Source of the DNA: an uncultured PS1 clade bacterium
GTDB lineage: Bacteria > Pseudomonadota > Alphaproteobacteria > MED-G09
DNA: 64,000 bases
Reading direction: 5' to 3'
Assembly: GCA_902533755.1 (NCBI GenBank)
Contig: CACANC010000003.1
Span: forward strand, 2,748-66,747
In this document: positions 10,810 through 19,996 of the stretch, piece after piece
Position numbering within the stretch: position 1 is the stretch's first letter
How the letters are laid out: each line of letters begins with the position of its first letter
The notes under the pieces: generated by a model
The model's database searches: none
Told to the model about the DNA's origin: nothing
Seen by the model: the letters and a program-made list of their open reading frames with translations, nothing else
Program-made: the position numbers and the translations under genes

Positions 10810-11814
10810 ATGAAAGCGCTCTTATGTAAAGAATTTGGTCCGCCTGAAACATTATCTTATGAAGAAATTGAAGATCCTGTGATAAAAGAAGGTCATATTA
10901 TAGTTGATATTCATTCAGCTTCAGTAAATTTTCCAGATGTTCTTATGATAGAAGATAAATATCAATTCAAGCCTCCACTACCTTTCGCACCAGGAGGTGA
11001 GGCATCGGGTGTGATTTCAGAAATTGGCGATGGTGTTGAAGGTTTCAATGTTGGTGATAGAGTTATCGCTTCATCTGGTTGGGGAAGTTTTGCTGAAAAG
11101 ATACTAGTAGACCCTAATGCGTTGACTATTATTCCTGATCAGATGGATCATAATACAGCTGCAGCTTTTCTTATGACTTACGGTACATCTCATCATGCAT
11201 TAAAAGATCGTGCAAATATTAAAGAAGGTGAATCTTTACTTGTTCTAGGGGCAGCAGGTGGCGTTGGTCTTGCAGCAGTTGAACTTGGTAAAGCTATGGG
11301 CGCAAAAGTTATTGCCGCCGCCTCATCGGAAGAAAAATTACAAACATGTAAAGAACATGGTGCAGATGAAGTTCTCCTGTATCCTTCTGGTAAAATGGGT
11401 AGAGATCAGCAAAAGAAATTATCGGATGATATTAAAGAATTAACAAATGGCCAAGGTGCAGATGTGGTTTATGATCCTGTTGGAGGAGATTATGCTGAAC
11501 CTGCTTTAAGAGCAACCGCATGGGAAGGTCGATACTTAGTTGTTGGATTTGCTGCAGGAGATATTCCAAAAATACCTCTTAATTTAGCCTTATTGAAGGG
11601 TTGCCAAATTGTAGGCGTTTTTTGGGGCGCATTTAAAGGACGTGAAGTTGAAGCACATAATGCAAATGTTGATGAGTTATTGAAACTTTACGGAGACGGA
11701 CATCTGAAGCCACATATTTCATCCATATATAGTCTTGAAGAAGGGTCAAAAGCAATAAGTGATCTTGCCGAAAGAAAAGCAAGAGGCAAGGTTATCGTTC
11801 AAGTAAGAGCATAA
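10810..11814 (+). CDS. NADPH:quinone oxidoreductase / zinc-type alcohol dehydrogenase-like (MDR family)
   Basis: VNFPDVLMIEDKYQFKPPLPFAPGGEASG and the nucleotide-binding motif LVLGAAGGVGLAAVELGK. Confidence 0.85.
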   Translation: MKALLCKEFGPPETLSYEEIEDPVIKEGHIIVDIHSASVNFPDVLMIEDKYQFKPPLPFAPGGEASGVISEIGDGVEGFNVGDRVIASSGWGSFAEKILVDPNALTIIPDQMDHNTAAAFLMTYGTSHHALKDRANIKEGESLLVLGAAGGVGLAAVELGKAMGAKVIAAASSEEKLQTCKEHGADEVLLYPSGKMGRDQQKKLSDDIKELTNGQGADVVYDPVGGDYAEPALRATAWEGRYLVVGFAAGDIPKIPLNLALLKGCQIVGVFWGAFKGREVEAHNANVDELLKLYGDGHLKPHISSIYSLEEGSKAISDLAERKARGKVIVQVRA

Positions 11815-11818
11815 TAAT

Positions 11819-12733
11819 TTGAATTTTTTGACAAAATTTCTTTCTACCTTACCAAGAAATATACAAGGCGCTTTCTGGCTCGGATCATCAGTATTTGCTT
11901 TTACTGCTATGGCAGGTTTAGCAAAATATTTAGGTAATGATTTTCATGCCTTTCAAATTTCATTTTTTAGATCTTTTTTTAGTTTAATAGTTATATCTCC
12001 ATTTCTAATTAGAGCCGGCGCAGCTCAAGGAGGCGTAAAAACAAAAGTTCCGTTATTACAAATTGTTAGAGGCACAGTAAGCGCTGTTGGTATTATGATG
12101 GGTTTTTATGCCATAGTTAATCTTCCTTTAGCAGATGCTCAGGCTATTCGTTTTTCTAGTTCACTTTTCTTGGTTCCACTTGCAGCTATTTTTCTGAAAG
12201 AAAAAATAGGTTTAAGAAGAACTATTGCTGCTTTGGTTGGATTTACAGGTGTTTTAATAATGTTAGACCCTGGTGGAGATTATAATTTTGCTTCTTTCAT
12301 GGCGCTAGGTGCAGCAATTGCTTTTGCCTTCGCAGCTATATTAGTAAATATTGTTTCGAAATATGATGAGCCTGTAACATTGATGTTTTATTCAAATATT
12401 ATCAGTGTTCTCATTATGATAATACCAGCTTTAATGTTTTGGGTAACTCCTAATTTTGATCAGATCATTCTGATTTTTATAATGGCAATTTGTGCATCAA
12501 TTGCGCATAATTTTTTCATTAGGGCATATGCAGTTGGTGAGGCATCTGTAATTGCTCCAATAGATTATATAAGGCTATTGTTTAGTGCGGCTGTTGATTT
12601 TTTGATTTTTGGAATTATTTTTGGTTTAAATACTTTAATAGGTTCAGCAATTATTATTTTAACATCACTGTACATATTAAGAAGAGAAGCTAAAGTAAAA
12701 AAAGATAAAGAACCAAATTTGGAAGAAATTTAA
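11819..12733 (+). CDS. DMT-superfamily (EamA-like) transporter
   Basis: 304 aa with about 10 hydrophobic helices in two EamA-like halves. The TTG start is uncertain. Confidence 0.75.
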   Translation: MNFLTKFLSTLPRNIQGAFWLGSSVFAFTAMAGLAKYLGNDFHAFQISFFRSFFSLIVISPFLIRAGAAQGGVKTKVPLLQIVRGTVSAVGIMMGFYAIVNLPLADAQAIRFSSSLFLVPLAAIFLKEKIGLRRTIAALVGFTGVLIMLDPGGDYNFASFMALGAAIAFAFAAILVNIVSKYDEPVTLMFYSNIISVLIMIIPALMFWVTPNFDQIILIFIMAICASIAHNFFIRAYAVGEASVIAPIDYIRLLFSAAVDFLIFGIIFGLNTLIGSAIIILTSLYILRREAKVKKDKEPNLEEI

Positions 12734-12750
12734 TTAATAGGGAGATTATT

Positions 12751-13536
12751 ATGCAATTAGATGAAAATATTAGTGCTGTAATTACTGGAGGCGCATCAGG
12801 TCTTGGTGAAGCTACAGCAAGAGAATTAGCAAAACACGGTGTGAAGTGTGCGCTGTTTGATCTTAATGCAGAAAAAGGTGAGGCAGTTGCTTCAGATATT
12901 AACGGTATTTTCTGTGAAGCTAATGTTACTGAAGAAGAAAGCGTTATAGCTGCATTTGAAAAAGCTAGAGCTGCTAATGGCCAAGAAAGGATTCTTATAA
13001 ATTGCGCTGGAACAGGAATTGCAATTAAAACAGCGGCTAGAGATAAAGAAACTGGAGATATTGTTCCACATCCATTGGATCCATTTAACACAATAATTCA
13101 AATTAATTTAGTTGGCACATTCCGTTGTATAGCTCATTCAGCTGCGGGCATGATGTCACTTGACCCTAATACAGGTGATGGTGGTAGAGGGGCTGTTGTT
13201 AATACTGCTTCTGTAGCAGCTGAGGACGGGCAAATTGGTCAAGCTGCATATTCGGCCTCCAAAGGTGGAATAGTCGGAATGACACTACCAGTAGCAAGAG
13301 ATTTATCTCGAGAGGGAATTAGAGTAAATACAATCTTACCTGGTCTTTTTGACACTCCTTTATTTGAAGGAGCTCCAGATAAGATCAAACAGGCACTTGG
13401 TGCCCAGGTTCCATTTCCTTCACGATTAGGCTATCCGACTGAATATGCCGAACTTGCAAGACACTTATGTGAAAATGATATGATGAATGGAGAATGTGTA
13501 AGGCTTGATGGGGCTATTAGAATGGCACCAAGATAG
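12751..13536 (+). CDS. 3-hydroxyacyl-CoA dehydrogenase type 2 (HSD17B10-like SDR)
   Basis: Near-colinear with the HSD10 family: AVITGGASGLG, NTASVAAEDGQIGQAAYSASKGGIVGMTLPVARDL, IRVNTILPGLFDTPL, VPFPSRLGYPTEYA, RLDGAIRMAPR. Confidence 0.9.
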   Translation: MQLDENISAVITGGASGLGEATARELAKHGVKCALFDLNAEKGEAVASDINGIFCEANVTEEESVIAAFEKARAANGQERILINCAGTGIAIKTAARDKETGDIVPHPLDPFNTIIQINLVGTFRCIAHSAAGMMSLDPNTGDGGRGAVVNTASVAAEDGQIGQAAYSASKGGIVGMTLPVARDLSREGIRVNTILPGLFDTPLFEGAPDKIKQALGAQVPFPSRLGYPTEYAELARHLCENDMMNGECVRLDGAIRMAPR

Positions 13537-13538
13537 GC

Positions 13539-13835
13539 TTAGTGTTTTTTAGCAGTCTTATCCATTTCCTTTGCAAGTTTAATATCTAATTCTGTGATAC
13601 CCCCGGCATCATGTGTAGATAGAGTGACATTGACTCTATTATAAACATTAAACCATTCAGGGTGATGATCCATCTTTTCAGCAATGAGTGCAATCCTTGT
13701 CATCCAACTAAATGCACTTGTAAAATCTTTGAAAATATAATTCTTTTCAATAGAATCTCTGCCACGAGTTTTTTTCCAATCTTTAAGTGTTTTTAAAATT
13801 TTATTTCTTTCTTTACTTTCCAGCTTTTTAGCCAT
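13539..13835 (-). CDS. phhB: pterin-4-alpha-carbinolamine dehydratase
   Basis: PCD signature [26 protein letters not shown] place the start at 13835 because GGAG lies 6 nt upstream of that ATG; the track ORF starts at 13847. Confidence 0.85.
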   Translation of the reverse strand: MAKKLESKERNKILKTLKDWKKTRGRDSIEKNYIFKDFTSAFSWMTRIALIAEKMDHHPEWFNVYNRVNVTLSTHDAGGITELDIKLAKEMDKTAKKH

Positions 13836-13868
13836 TTTTAGCTCCATTTTGTTATATTAAATTAGTTT

Positions 13869-13913
13869 AACAATTTTATTGTTGGGGTTGAATTCATTAA
13901 TTGTTATAACAAT
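13869..13913. promoter_or_regulatory. pair of hexamer palindromes (AACAAT-TTT-ATTGTT and ATTGTT-AT-AACAAT) in a divergent promoter region
   Basis: Read directly at 13869-13883 and 13900-13913. Both use the same half-site and their centres are about 31 bp apart. They lie between phhB and the BI-1 gene. Confidence 0.25.
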
Positions 13914-13952
13914 ATATAATATATTCAATTAATTAATAATTTGGAGTTGAAA

Positions 13953-14672
13953 ATGAACGAATTTAATCGTGCAAACACATCGGCAAGAACCACAGATCAG
14001 GCATATGTTGATGAAGGTCTTCGTGCGCATATGCTAAGGATATACAATTATATGACTGCAGCTTTATCGCTAACTGGTATTGTTGCTTGGTTTGGTGCAT
14101 CTTCAGGACTTTATCAGTCCTTAGCGGCATCTCCATTAATTTATGTCATTATGTTTGCTCCCCTTGGAGTAGTTTTTTATTTCGCATCTAAAATAAACAC
14201 AATGAGTTCTTCAAAAGCACAATCCGTCTTTTGGGTTTTTGCAGGTTTAATGGGTCTTTCATTATCTTATATATTCCTTGCATATACTGGAGCAGCTGTA
14301 TTTCAGGCATTCTTTGTAACAGCAGGTGCATTTGCTGGATTAAGTATATGGGGCTATACAACAAAAAGAGATCTCTCTGCTATGGGTGCTTTTTTAATAA
14401 TGGGTTTGTTCGGCTTAATAATTGCTTCAGTAGTAAATCTATTTGTTGGAAGTGGGCAAATGTCTTTTATTATAAGCGTCTTAGGAGTTCTTATTTTCGC
14501 AGGTCTTACTGCATGGGATACTCAAAAATTGAAACGTGATTGGCTTAATAGAGTTCAATATAGTGGACAAGAAGTTGCTGAGAAGTCAGCTATAATGGGT
14601 GCTCTAACATTGTACTTAGATTTTATTAACCTATTTCTTTTCATTCTTCAGTTTATGGGAAGAAGAGACTAA
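13953..14672 (+). CDS. Bax-inhibitor-1/YccA-family membrane protein
   Basis: Seven hydrophobic helices in a BI-1-like layout, with a C-terminal LYLDFINLFLFILQFMG. ATG 13953 is preceded by GGAG. Confidence 0.85.
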   Translation: MNEFNRANTSARTTDQAYVDEGLRAHMLRIYNYMTAALSLTGIVAWFGASSGLYQSLAASPLIYVIMFAPLGVVFYFASKINTMSSSKAQSVFWVFAGLMGLSLSYIFLAYTGAAVFQAFFVTAGAFAGLSIWGYTTKRDLSAMGAFLIMGLFGLIIASVVNLFVGSGQMSFIISVLGVLIFAGLTAWDTQKLKRDWLNRVQYSGQEVAEKSAIMGALTLYLDFINLFLFILQFMGRRD

Positions 14673-14717
14673 TTTAATAAATAATCTTTAAGCTTATTAG
14701 AAATCTGGGAGGAAATT

Positions 14718-15500
14718 ATGGGCGAAGAATATAAAAGCTCAACAGATTATCTACTTGTAAATCTTGAAAATAATATACTCACAATTACCCTTAATAGGCC
14801 TGAGGCACTGAATGCTTATAGGCCTGAAATGCTTGTTGAGATTAGAGAAATCATTACTCAAACTGAAGATGATCCAAATGTAGCAGTAATTGTAATTGAA
14901 GGTGCAGGTAAAGCCTTTTCAGCAGGTGTAGATTTGAAGGTTCTTCAAGGCTTTGATCCTGATTCAGGCAAAATAGGCGATCTATTTGATAAGCCTGCAG
15001 CCTTAGCTTGGGATGCATTTAGAAAAAGTCGTTGCCCTATAATAGCAAAAGTTCATGGAGCTTGTTTTACGGGCGCACTTGAGATGGCATTACATTGTGA
15101 TTTCATTTTTACAACCCTAGATACTAAATTCGGCGATACTCATGCTAAGTTTGGTTTAAGACCAACATGGGGAATGTCACAAACTTTATCTCAAGCTATA
15201 GGTGTTCGTAAGGCAAAGGATATGTCTTTCTCGGCTCGTACTGTTCTTGGCGATGAGGCAGTAAGACTAGGAATAGCTAATGAGGCAGTTGAAGATAAAG
15301 ATGCTCTCGATGCTTTAGTTGATAAGCGTGCAGGACAAATTGCTTCTAATTCTCAAGCTTCCGTTTCAGCTTTTAAGGATTTATATAATGTTGCACAATC
15401 AGGATTATCCATGGACGATGCATTAAAAGAGGAATTTTCTAGAGAATATCCGGATATCAAAGATACTAACGATCGACTAGCAGGTTTTAAAAAGGATTAA
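14718..15500 (+). CDS. enoyl-CoA hydratase/isomerase (crotonase) family protein
   Basis: LTITLNRPEALNA, GAGKAFSAGVDLK and VHGACFTGALEMALHCDF. Confidence 0.85.
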   Translation: MGEEYKSSTDYLLVNLENNILTITLNRPEALNAYRPEMLVEIREIITQTEDDPNVAVIVIEGAGKAFSAGVDLKVLQGFDPDSGKIGDLFDKPAALAWDAFRKSRCPIIAKVHGACFTGALEMALHCDFIFTTLDTKFGDTHAKFGLRPTWGMSQTLSQAIGVRKAKDMSFSARTVLGDEAVRLGIANEAVEDKDALDALVDKRAGQIASNSQASVSAFKDLYNVAQSGLSMDDALKEEFSREYPDIKDTNDRLAGFKKD

Positions 15501-15504
15501 TTCT

Positions 15505-16257
15505 GTGCGATTGAAAGGTAAGAAATGTATAGTTACAGGTGGATCAAGCGGTATTGGTGAAGCAACTGTTAGAAGATTTATCAGCGAAGGGGCAGAAGTC
15601 CTAATTGCAGATATCAATCTTGAAGATTCAAAAAAATTATCAGAAGAAATTGGCGAAGGCGTTGATTATATCAAATGTGATGTAAGGTTTGAGGATGATA
15701 TTATTTCTGTTTCAGAAAAAGCTTATGGCATGTGGGATCAGGTTGATGTGTTGGTTAACAATGCTGGATCTGAACTCAATCAGTCCTATGATAAGATGAC
15801 AGAGGCAGAATGGGATAATGTTCTTAACACAGATCTAAAAGGCCCTTGGTTAATGTGTAAGCACATTGTACCAAAGATGGTAGAGGCAGGATCAGGAAGT
15901 GTTATCAATATTTCCTCTTTAAATGGTTTAGTTGGCTTTCCTCTTTCAACTGCTTACGGAAGTGCCAAAGGCGGATTAGTAGTATTTACTCTCGATATGG
16001 CGATTGAGTTAGCTTCGACTGGTGTTAGAATTAACTGTGTTTGTCCGGGTGTTATCCAAACAGGTATGATGGAAAGATGGACAGATCTTATGCCTGATAA
16101 AGCTGAGGCACAGGAAATGCTGAGGAATACAATGCCGATTGGAAGAATGGGAACAGCAGAAGAAGTTGCAGGTGCAATCTTCTTTTTTGCTTCAGATGAT
16201 TCCAGTTTATGCCAAGGATCTGTTTTGAGTGTTGATGGTGGATTTACTGCACAGTAA
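15505..16257 (+). CDS. SDR-family oxidoreductase
   Basis: GTG start. Motifs VTGGSSGIG, NNAG and YGSAKGG; ends VDGGFTAQ. Confidence 0.85.
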   Translation: MRLKGKKCIVTGGSSGIGEATVRRFISEGAEVLIADINLEDSKKLSEEIGEGVDYIKCDVRFEDDIISVSEKAYGMWDQVDVLVNNAGSELNQSYDKMTEAEWDNVLNTDLKGPWLMCKHIVPKMVEAGSGSVINISSLNGLVGFPLSTAYGSAKGGLVVFTLDMAIELASTGVRINCVCPGVIQTGMMERWTDLMPDKAEAQEMLRNTMPIGRMGTAEEVAGAIFFFASDDSSLCQGSVLSVDGGFTAQ

Positions 16258-16258
16258 G

Positions 16259-16660
16259 TTAAACCCAAGGCGAAGTATTTGATCTAAAAACTTTTTTATG
16301 ACCATATTTTATTTCTAAACTTTCACGATCTCTTTTTTTTAATTTCTTTACCACAAGACAATAAGATCGATCGATCATTCTCTTAATTTCACCAGCAGGA
16401 ATAGAACCGCTCAAAATAACTGTATTCCAATGCATTTTGTTCATGTGATAGCCTGGGATAACATCCTCAAATATTTCTCTTAAAATAATAGCTTCTTCGG
16501 GATCACATTTCAGATTTACTCTTTCTATATCTTGACGTGTTGTCATGAGGGCAAAGAGCTTCTCTTTTATTTTAAAGACCTGAACATCTGGGCCAAAAGG
16601 GTAATCTTCTTTAACTAGAGGTAAGTTAAGGCAATAAGTTCTTACTTCCTCTTTATTCAT
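16259..16660 (-). CDS. MmcQ/YjbR-family protein
   Basis: 133 aa. The N-terminus VRTYCLNLPLVKEDYPFGPDVQVFKIKEKLFALM is typical of YjbR/MmcQ. Its ATG overlaps the stop of the 956-aa ORF (TAATG). Confidence 0.7.
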   Translation of the reverse strand: MNKEEVRTYCLNLPLVKEDYPFGPDVQVFKIKEKLFALMTTRQDIERVNLKCDPEEAIILREIFEDVIPGYHMNKMHWNTVILSGSIPAGEIKRMIDRSYCLVVKKLKKRDRESLEIKYGHKKVFRSNTSPWV

Positions 16661-19530
16661 TAAATAATGTACATATCAGAAATAGAACCAGTTTGAGCGC
16701 CTGAAGAATTTAGAATATCATACACCCCAAAAACTTCTGCAAATTCAGCAAAAGTTAAATCAGTTCCCTTCGTCCCATTGGTGATATTGCCACCCACATT
16801 ATAAGAAAATTTATCTGCACTATTAATGGTAATTTCTCTTCCATCTTCTAGCGTTAAACGCGCTGCATTTTTGGTGAAGAGTGATTTATCAACATAAGTA
16901 TTCGTAGGTACCTGGATAATATTAACACCATCGGTATCGGTTATAGAAAGTTTTGTGTTTGTTGGAATTAATTGTGAAACAAAATAAGTGTCATCTCCAC
17001 TAAGGCCTCGATAATTTTTCCCCTGACCATCAAGAATAACAATATTGTCTCCTGCATTAAAATTGAGTGTTCCTGAGATAGCATTTTCACTATGAGCAGT
17101 AAGTGTATTTTGATTATTATCAATAGATTGTGACAGTTCATATTTTAGTGATGTTTTAGAGAGTGTTTTATCTGAGAATTGCATTTTCTCGATGCTTGTT
17201 AAAGTATCTGACCCCTCATCCGTAAAACCTTCGGAAGGGGAGGTGTGAACAACACTAACCGTTCCATCATCATTGGCCGTTAAAGTATAAGCAGAAGATG
17301 AGTCTTTATAGATGGCTGTATCAACACCAGTCCCACCGTCAATAACATCATTTCCAGCCCCGCCTTCAATAGTATCTTTACCAGCATAACCAAAAGCGAT
17401 TTCATCGCCTTCGCGAAGTATAATAGTGTCATTTCCAGAATATCCATGCACTTTCGTAAATGGTGCAAAGCTTTTTAGGTCTGCATCTTTTCCTTCGGCC
17501 AGATAATGCTCAAGACCTGTTGTATAAGTTCCGGCATCAACTGCTTCTTTAGCAGATGTATTTTCATTAAGATAATATCTTTCATTAAACCCTGGCACTC
17601 CTTGTTCAGCAGTATCAATTGAAAACTTTGGTCCTGTTCCAATTTGTTCATCTATTTCAAAAAGATGAAAATTTATCTTCTGTTTTGTATATGATGCATT
17701 TGATTCTGCAGTAAAGGTTACATATTCAATTTTTTTATCATTATCAAAATCTCCAAATCCGTAAGGTTTACCTTTACCAGAAATTTCTGATCCAATTTGT
17801 GCTATCTCAAATCTACCTTCACCATCATTTAAATAAATTATTGCATCTACATTATACCCACTACCCACTCTTGATCCTGCAATATCCATATGATTATCAT
17901 CATTCATATCTATTAATTGCCATGGTTCCACCCATCCTAGTTTGCTTCCATTTGCGTCTTGGAAGGCATTTTCGGGGATCAGATTAGTTACATCTGTATA
18001 ACTTCCTTGCCCGTCATTTAAATTAATTTGAATGTAGTTTCCTGCATAAACTGGATTAGCTGTAGTCCATAAAATAGCTAAATCTATATCGCCATCTTTA
18101 TCAAAATCTGCCGGCATAGTTTTCATATGCATTTGATTTCCTGCGCCATAATAAGAATTGGGTAATGTTATAATGTTATCTTTATTAAAAGTACCGTTAT
18201 CGTTTAGAAAGATAGGGGAGGTAACATCTCCATCGTAGCCTCCTATAATATCATCATATCCATCATTATTAACATCTACTAGGGCTACATCTAAGAGCAT
18301 ATCGCTATTGTAATTTACTATTTCTGAATAAAAAGAACTCTTATCAACAATAAAACTTCCGTCAGTTTGTTGAATCAGTGCATAGCCTTGTTGGCCTTGA
18401 TTTGTATCCCAACCATGTCCTACAAAAATATCATCTAAACCATCGCCATTAATATCTCCAACAGCCATAGAATGAGCATCAACATCATATGGGCTATCAT
18501 CATTTGCATCCGGAAGAGTTGGCATGATGTCTGATTGCTTGATAGATGATCCTTTAGGTAGGATAATTAGTAGTTTTGCTTCAGGTACAATACTGTCTGG
18601 ATTATTTCTATTTGTTTCTAGATCAGTGTCGTGCGCCGCTGTAACAATCGCTGTTAAATCTGAGTTTGCTAATGTAATTTTTTCTATGCGCCTAGCCCCA
18701 GTAGTTGTTGGCATAATTAAGTTGATATCTTCGTCGTAAGATAGTGTTCCATTTCCTGAGCTTAGAGCAATAAAGGGTGTTGAAGTATCTATCCCACTTG
18801 CATATCCTTTATTCATAGGAATTATTAGATCTTCAATACTATCATTATTTAAATCTAAAAGAGCAGCAGATTGAGGAAACCATGCCGCAAGCCCACCACC
18901 TTTTGTATCGCCAGAATAAATATAAGTTGGTACTGTTGTCTCATCATCAAAACTATAAATAGTTTTGATAAATGTAGCGGTTATTGGTTGCTTAAGATAA
19001 TCAGTATCAATTATTTTATTATCAGCCATGAACTCGACATACCTGCCACCAATGATAATATCCTTTGTTGTAGGACCAGTTACATGAATTTCATCTCCTA
19101 CTAAAGTAATAGTGTAATCTTTTGAATTGCCGCTTGCATAGGAAACTCTGTCATCTCCTCCACCCATATTAAGAATATTATCGCCACCATTAGCGAAAAA
19201 TTTCTCATAATTTTCTGTACCGTAAAAAGTGTCGCCAAAACGTGTTCCATGAATTGTTTCAATACCGGAAACTGTATCACGTGTGCCAAATCCATCTTCA
19301 GACCAACCCTCTTTTAAATTGATTGTAACACTTTGAGTTGCATTCCAGAGAGCATAACCAAATTTTTCACCAGAGATATTATCTTCTCCGGGACTAGAAA
19401 CAATTGTGTGCTTAATAGTAGCATTGGTAACTGTATCATTACCTTTTCCAGGATATATATTGCCTATATCAGAATCTAATTCTGATACATCAATTATATC
19501 GTCTTCGTCTGTTCCATTATAGTCAGCCAT
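16660..19530 (-). CDS. large FG-GAP/VCBS beta-propeller protein with RTX-type calcium-binding repeats (putative secreted or surface protein)
   Basis: 956 aa with no signal peptide. Ca-binding repeats: GGDNILNMGGGDDRVSY and GGAGNDVIDGGTGVDTAIY. FG-GAP-like blades: VGDINGDGLDDIFVG, DVNNDGYDDIIGG, DFDKDGDIDLAIL, DMNDDNHMDIAGS, GDFDNDKKIEYV, DLNNDSIEDLIIP. It also carries a GSDTLTSIEKMQFSD motif common in RTX adhesin-like proteins. Confidence 0.8.
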   Translation of the reverse strand: MADYNGTDEDDIIDVSELDSDIGNIYPGKGNDTVTNATIKHTIVSSPGEDNISGEKFGYALWNATQSVTINLKEGWSEDGFGTRDTVSGIETIHGTRFGDTFYGTENYEKFFANGGDNILNMGGGDDRVSYASGNSKDYTITLVGDEIHVTGPTTKDIIIGGRYVEFMADNKIIDTDYLKQPITATFIKTIYSFDDETTVPTYIYSGDTKGGGLAAWFPQSAALLDLNNDSIEDLIIPMNKGYASGIDTSTPFIALSSGNGTLSYDEDINLIMPTTTGARRIEKITLANSDLTAIVTAAHDTDLETNRNNPDSIVPEAKLLIILPKGSSIKQSDIMPTLPDANDDSPYDVDAHSMAVGDINGDGLDDIFVGHGWDTNQGQQGYALIQQTDGSFIVDKSSFYSEIVNYNSDMLLDVALVDVNNDGYDDIIGGYDGDVTSPIFLNDNGTFNKDNIITLPNSYYGAGNQMHMKTMPADFDKDGDIDLAILWTTANPVYAGNYIQINLNDGQGSYTDVTNLIPENAFQDANGSKLGWVEPWQLIDMNDDNHMDIAGSRVGSGYNVDAIIYLNDGEGRFEIAQIGSEISGKGKPYGFGDFDNDKKIEYVTFTAESNASYTKQKINFHLFEIDEQIGTGPKFSIDTAEQGVPGFNERYYLNENTSAKEAVDAGTYTTGLEHYLAEGKDADLKSFAPFTKVHGYSGNDTIILREGDEIAFGYAGKDTIEGGAGNDVIDGGTGVDTAIYKDSSSAYTLTANDDGTVSVVHTSPSEGFTDEGSDTLTSIEKMQFSDKTLSKTSLKYELSQSIDNNQNTLTAHSENAISGTLNFNAGDNIVILDGQGKNYRGLSGDDTYFVSQLIPTNTKLSITDTDGVNIIQVPTNTYVDKSLFTKNAARLTLEDGREITINSADKFSYNVGGNITNGTKGTDLTFAEFAEVFGVYDILNSSGAQTGSISDMYII

Positions 19531-19556
19531 AAAAAATTCCTAAGATATTCTCTTTA

Positions 19557-19907
19557 TTATTTAACTAAATTTAGATTTTTGTTTTTAAAATAGTTTAACA
19601 AATAATGAAGGTTTTTATTTCTTTTTAGTATTTGACCAGATGTTGATTTTATCAACCACCTTTCATCAACTCTTTTACTTTTATGATTTTTTGTAATTTT
19701 AAAGAGAGGCATTTCACTAGCATGTCGATAAATCGAAAAAATCGTTTCATCTTTTGATGCGTCAATTGCATAGTCTTTCCATTTACCTGATGAAACACCT
19801 TTACCATATAATGAAAGAATCAAATTTAATTCCTCTTTTGAAAAGAAGTTATGCTTTTTCTGATCGGCAAGATAAGCATTGCCTGTGATAATTTTAGTAT
19901 TCCGCAT
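19557..19907 (-). CDS. DUF2794-like conserved alphaproteobacterial hypothetical protein
   Basis: 116 aa. FFSKEELNLILSLYGKGVSSGKWKDYAID...FSIYRHASEMPLFKI matches my memory of DUF2794. The family assignment is unverified. Confidence 0.55.
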   Translation of the reverse strand: MRNTKIITGNAYLADQKKHNFFSKEELNLILSLYGKGVSSGKWKDYAIDASKDETIFSIYRHASEMPLFKITKNHKSKRVDERWLIKSTSGQILKRNKNLHYLLNYFKNKNLNLVK

Positions 19908-19996
19908 TTACTGAACTTTCATAAGAATCTAATCGTAATTTCGTCATAATTTCAACATCTTATTGTCAAAGTAATGTTTATTATTAACACTTGAGT

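Noticed and set aside
12690-13091. 133-aa and 69-aa minus-strand ORFs antisense to the HSD10-like SDR and the EamA 3' end
   Set aside because: They are shadow ORFs. The sense-strand gene aligns along its whole length to a known family.
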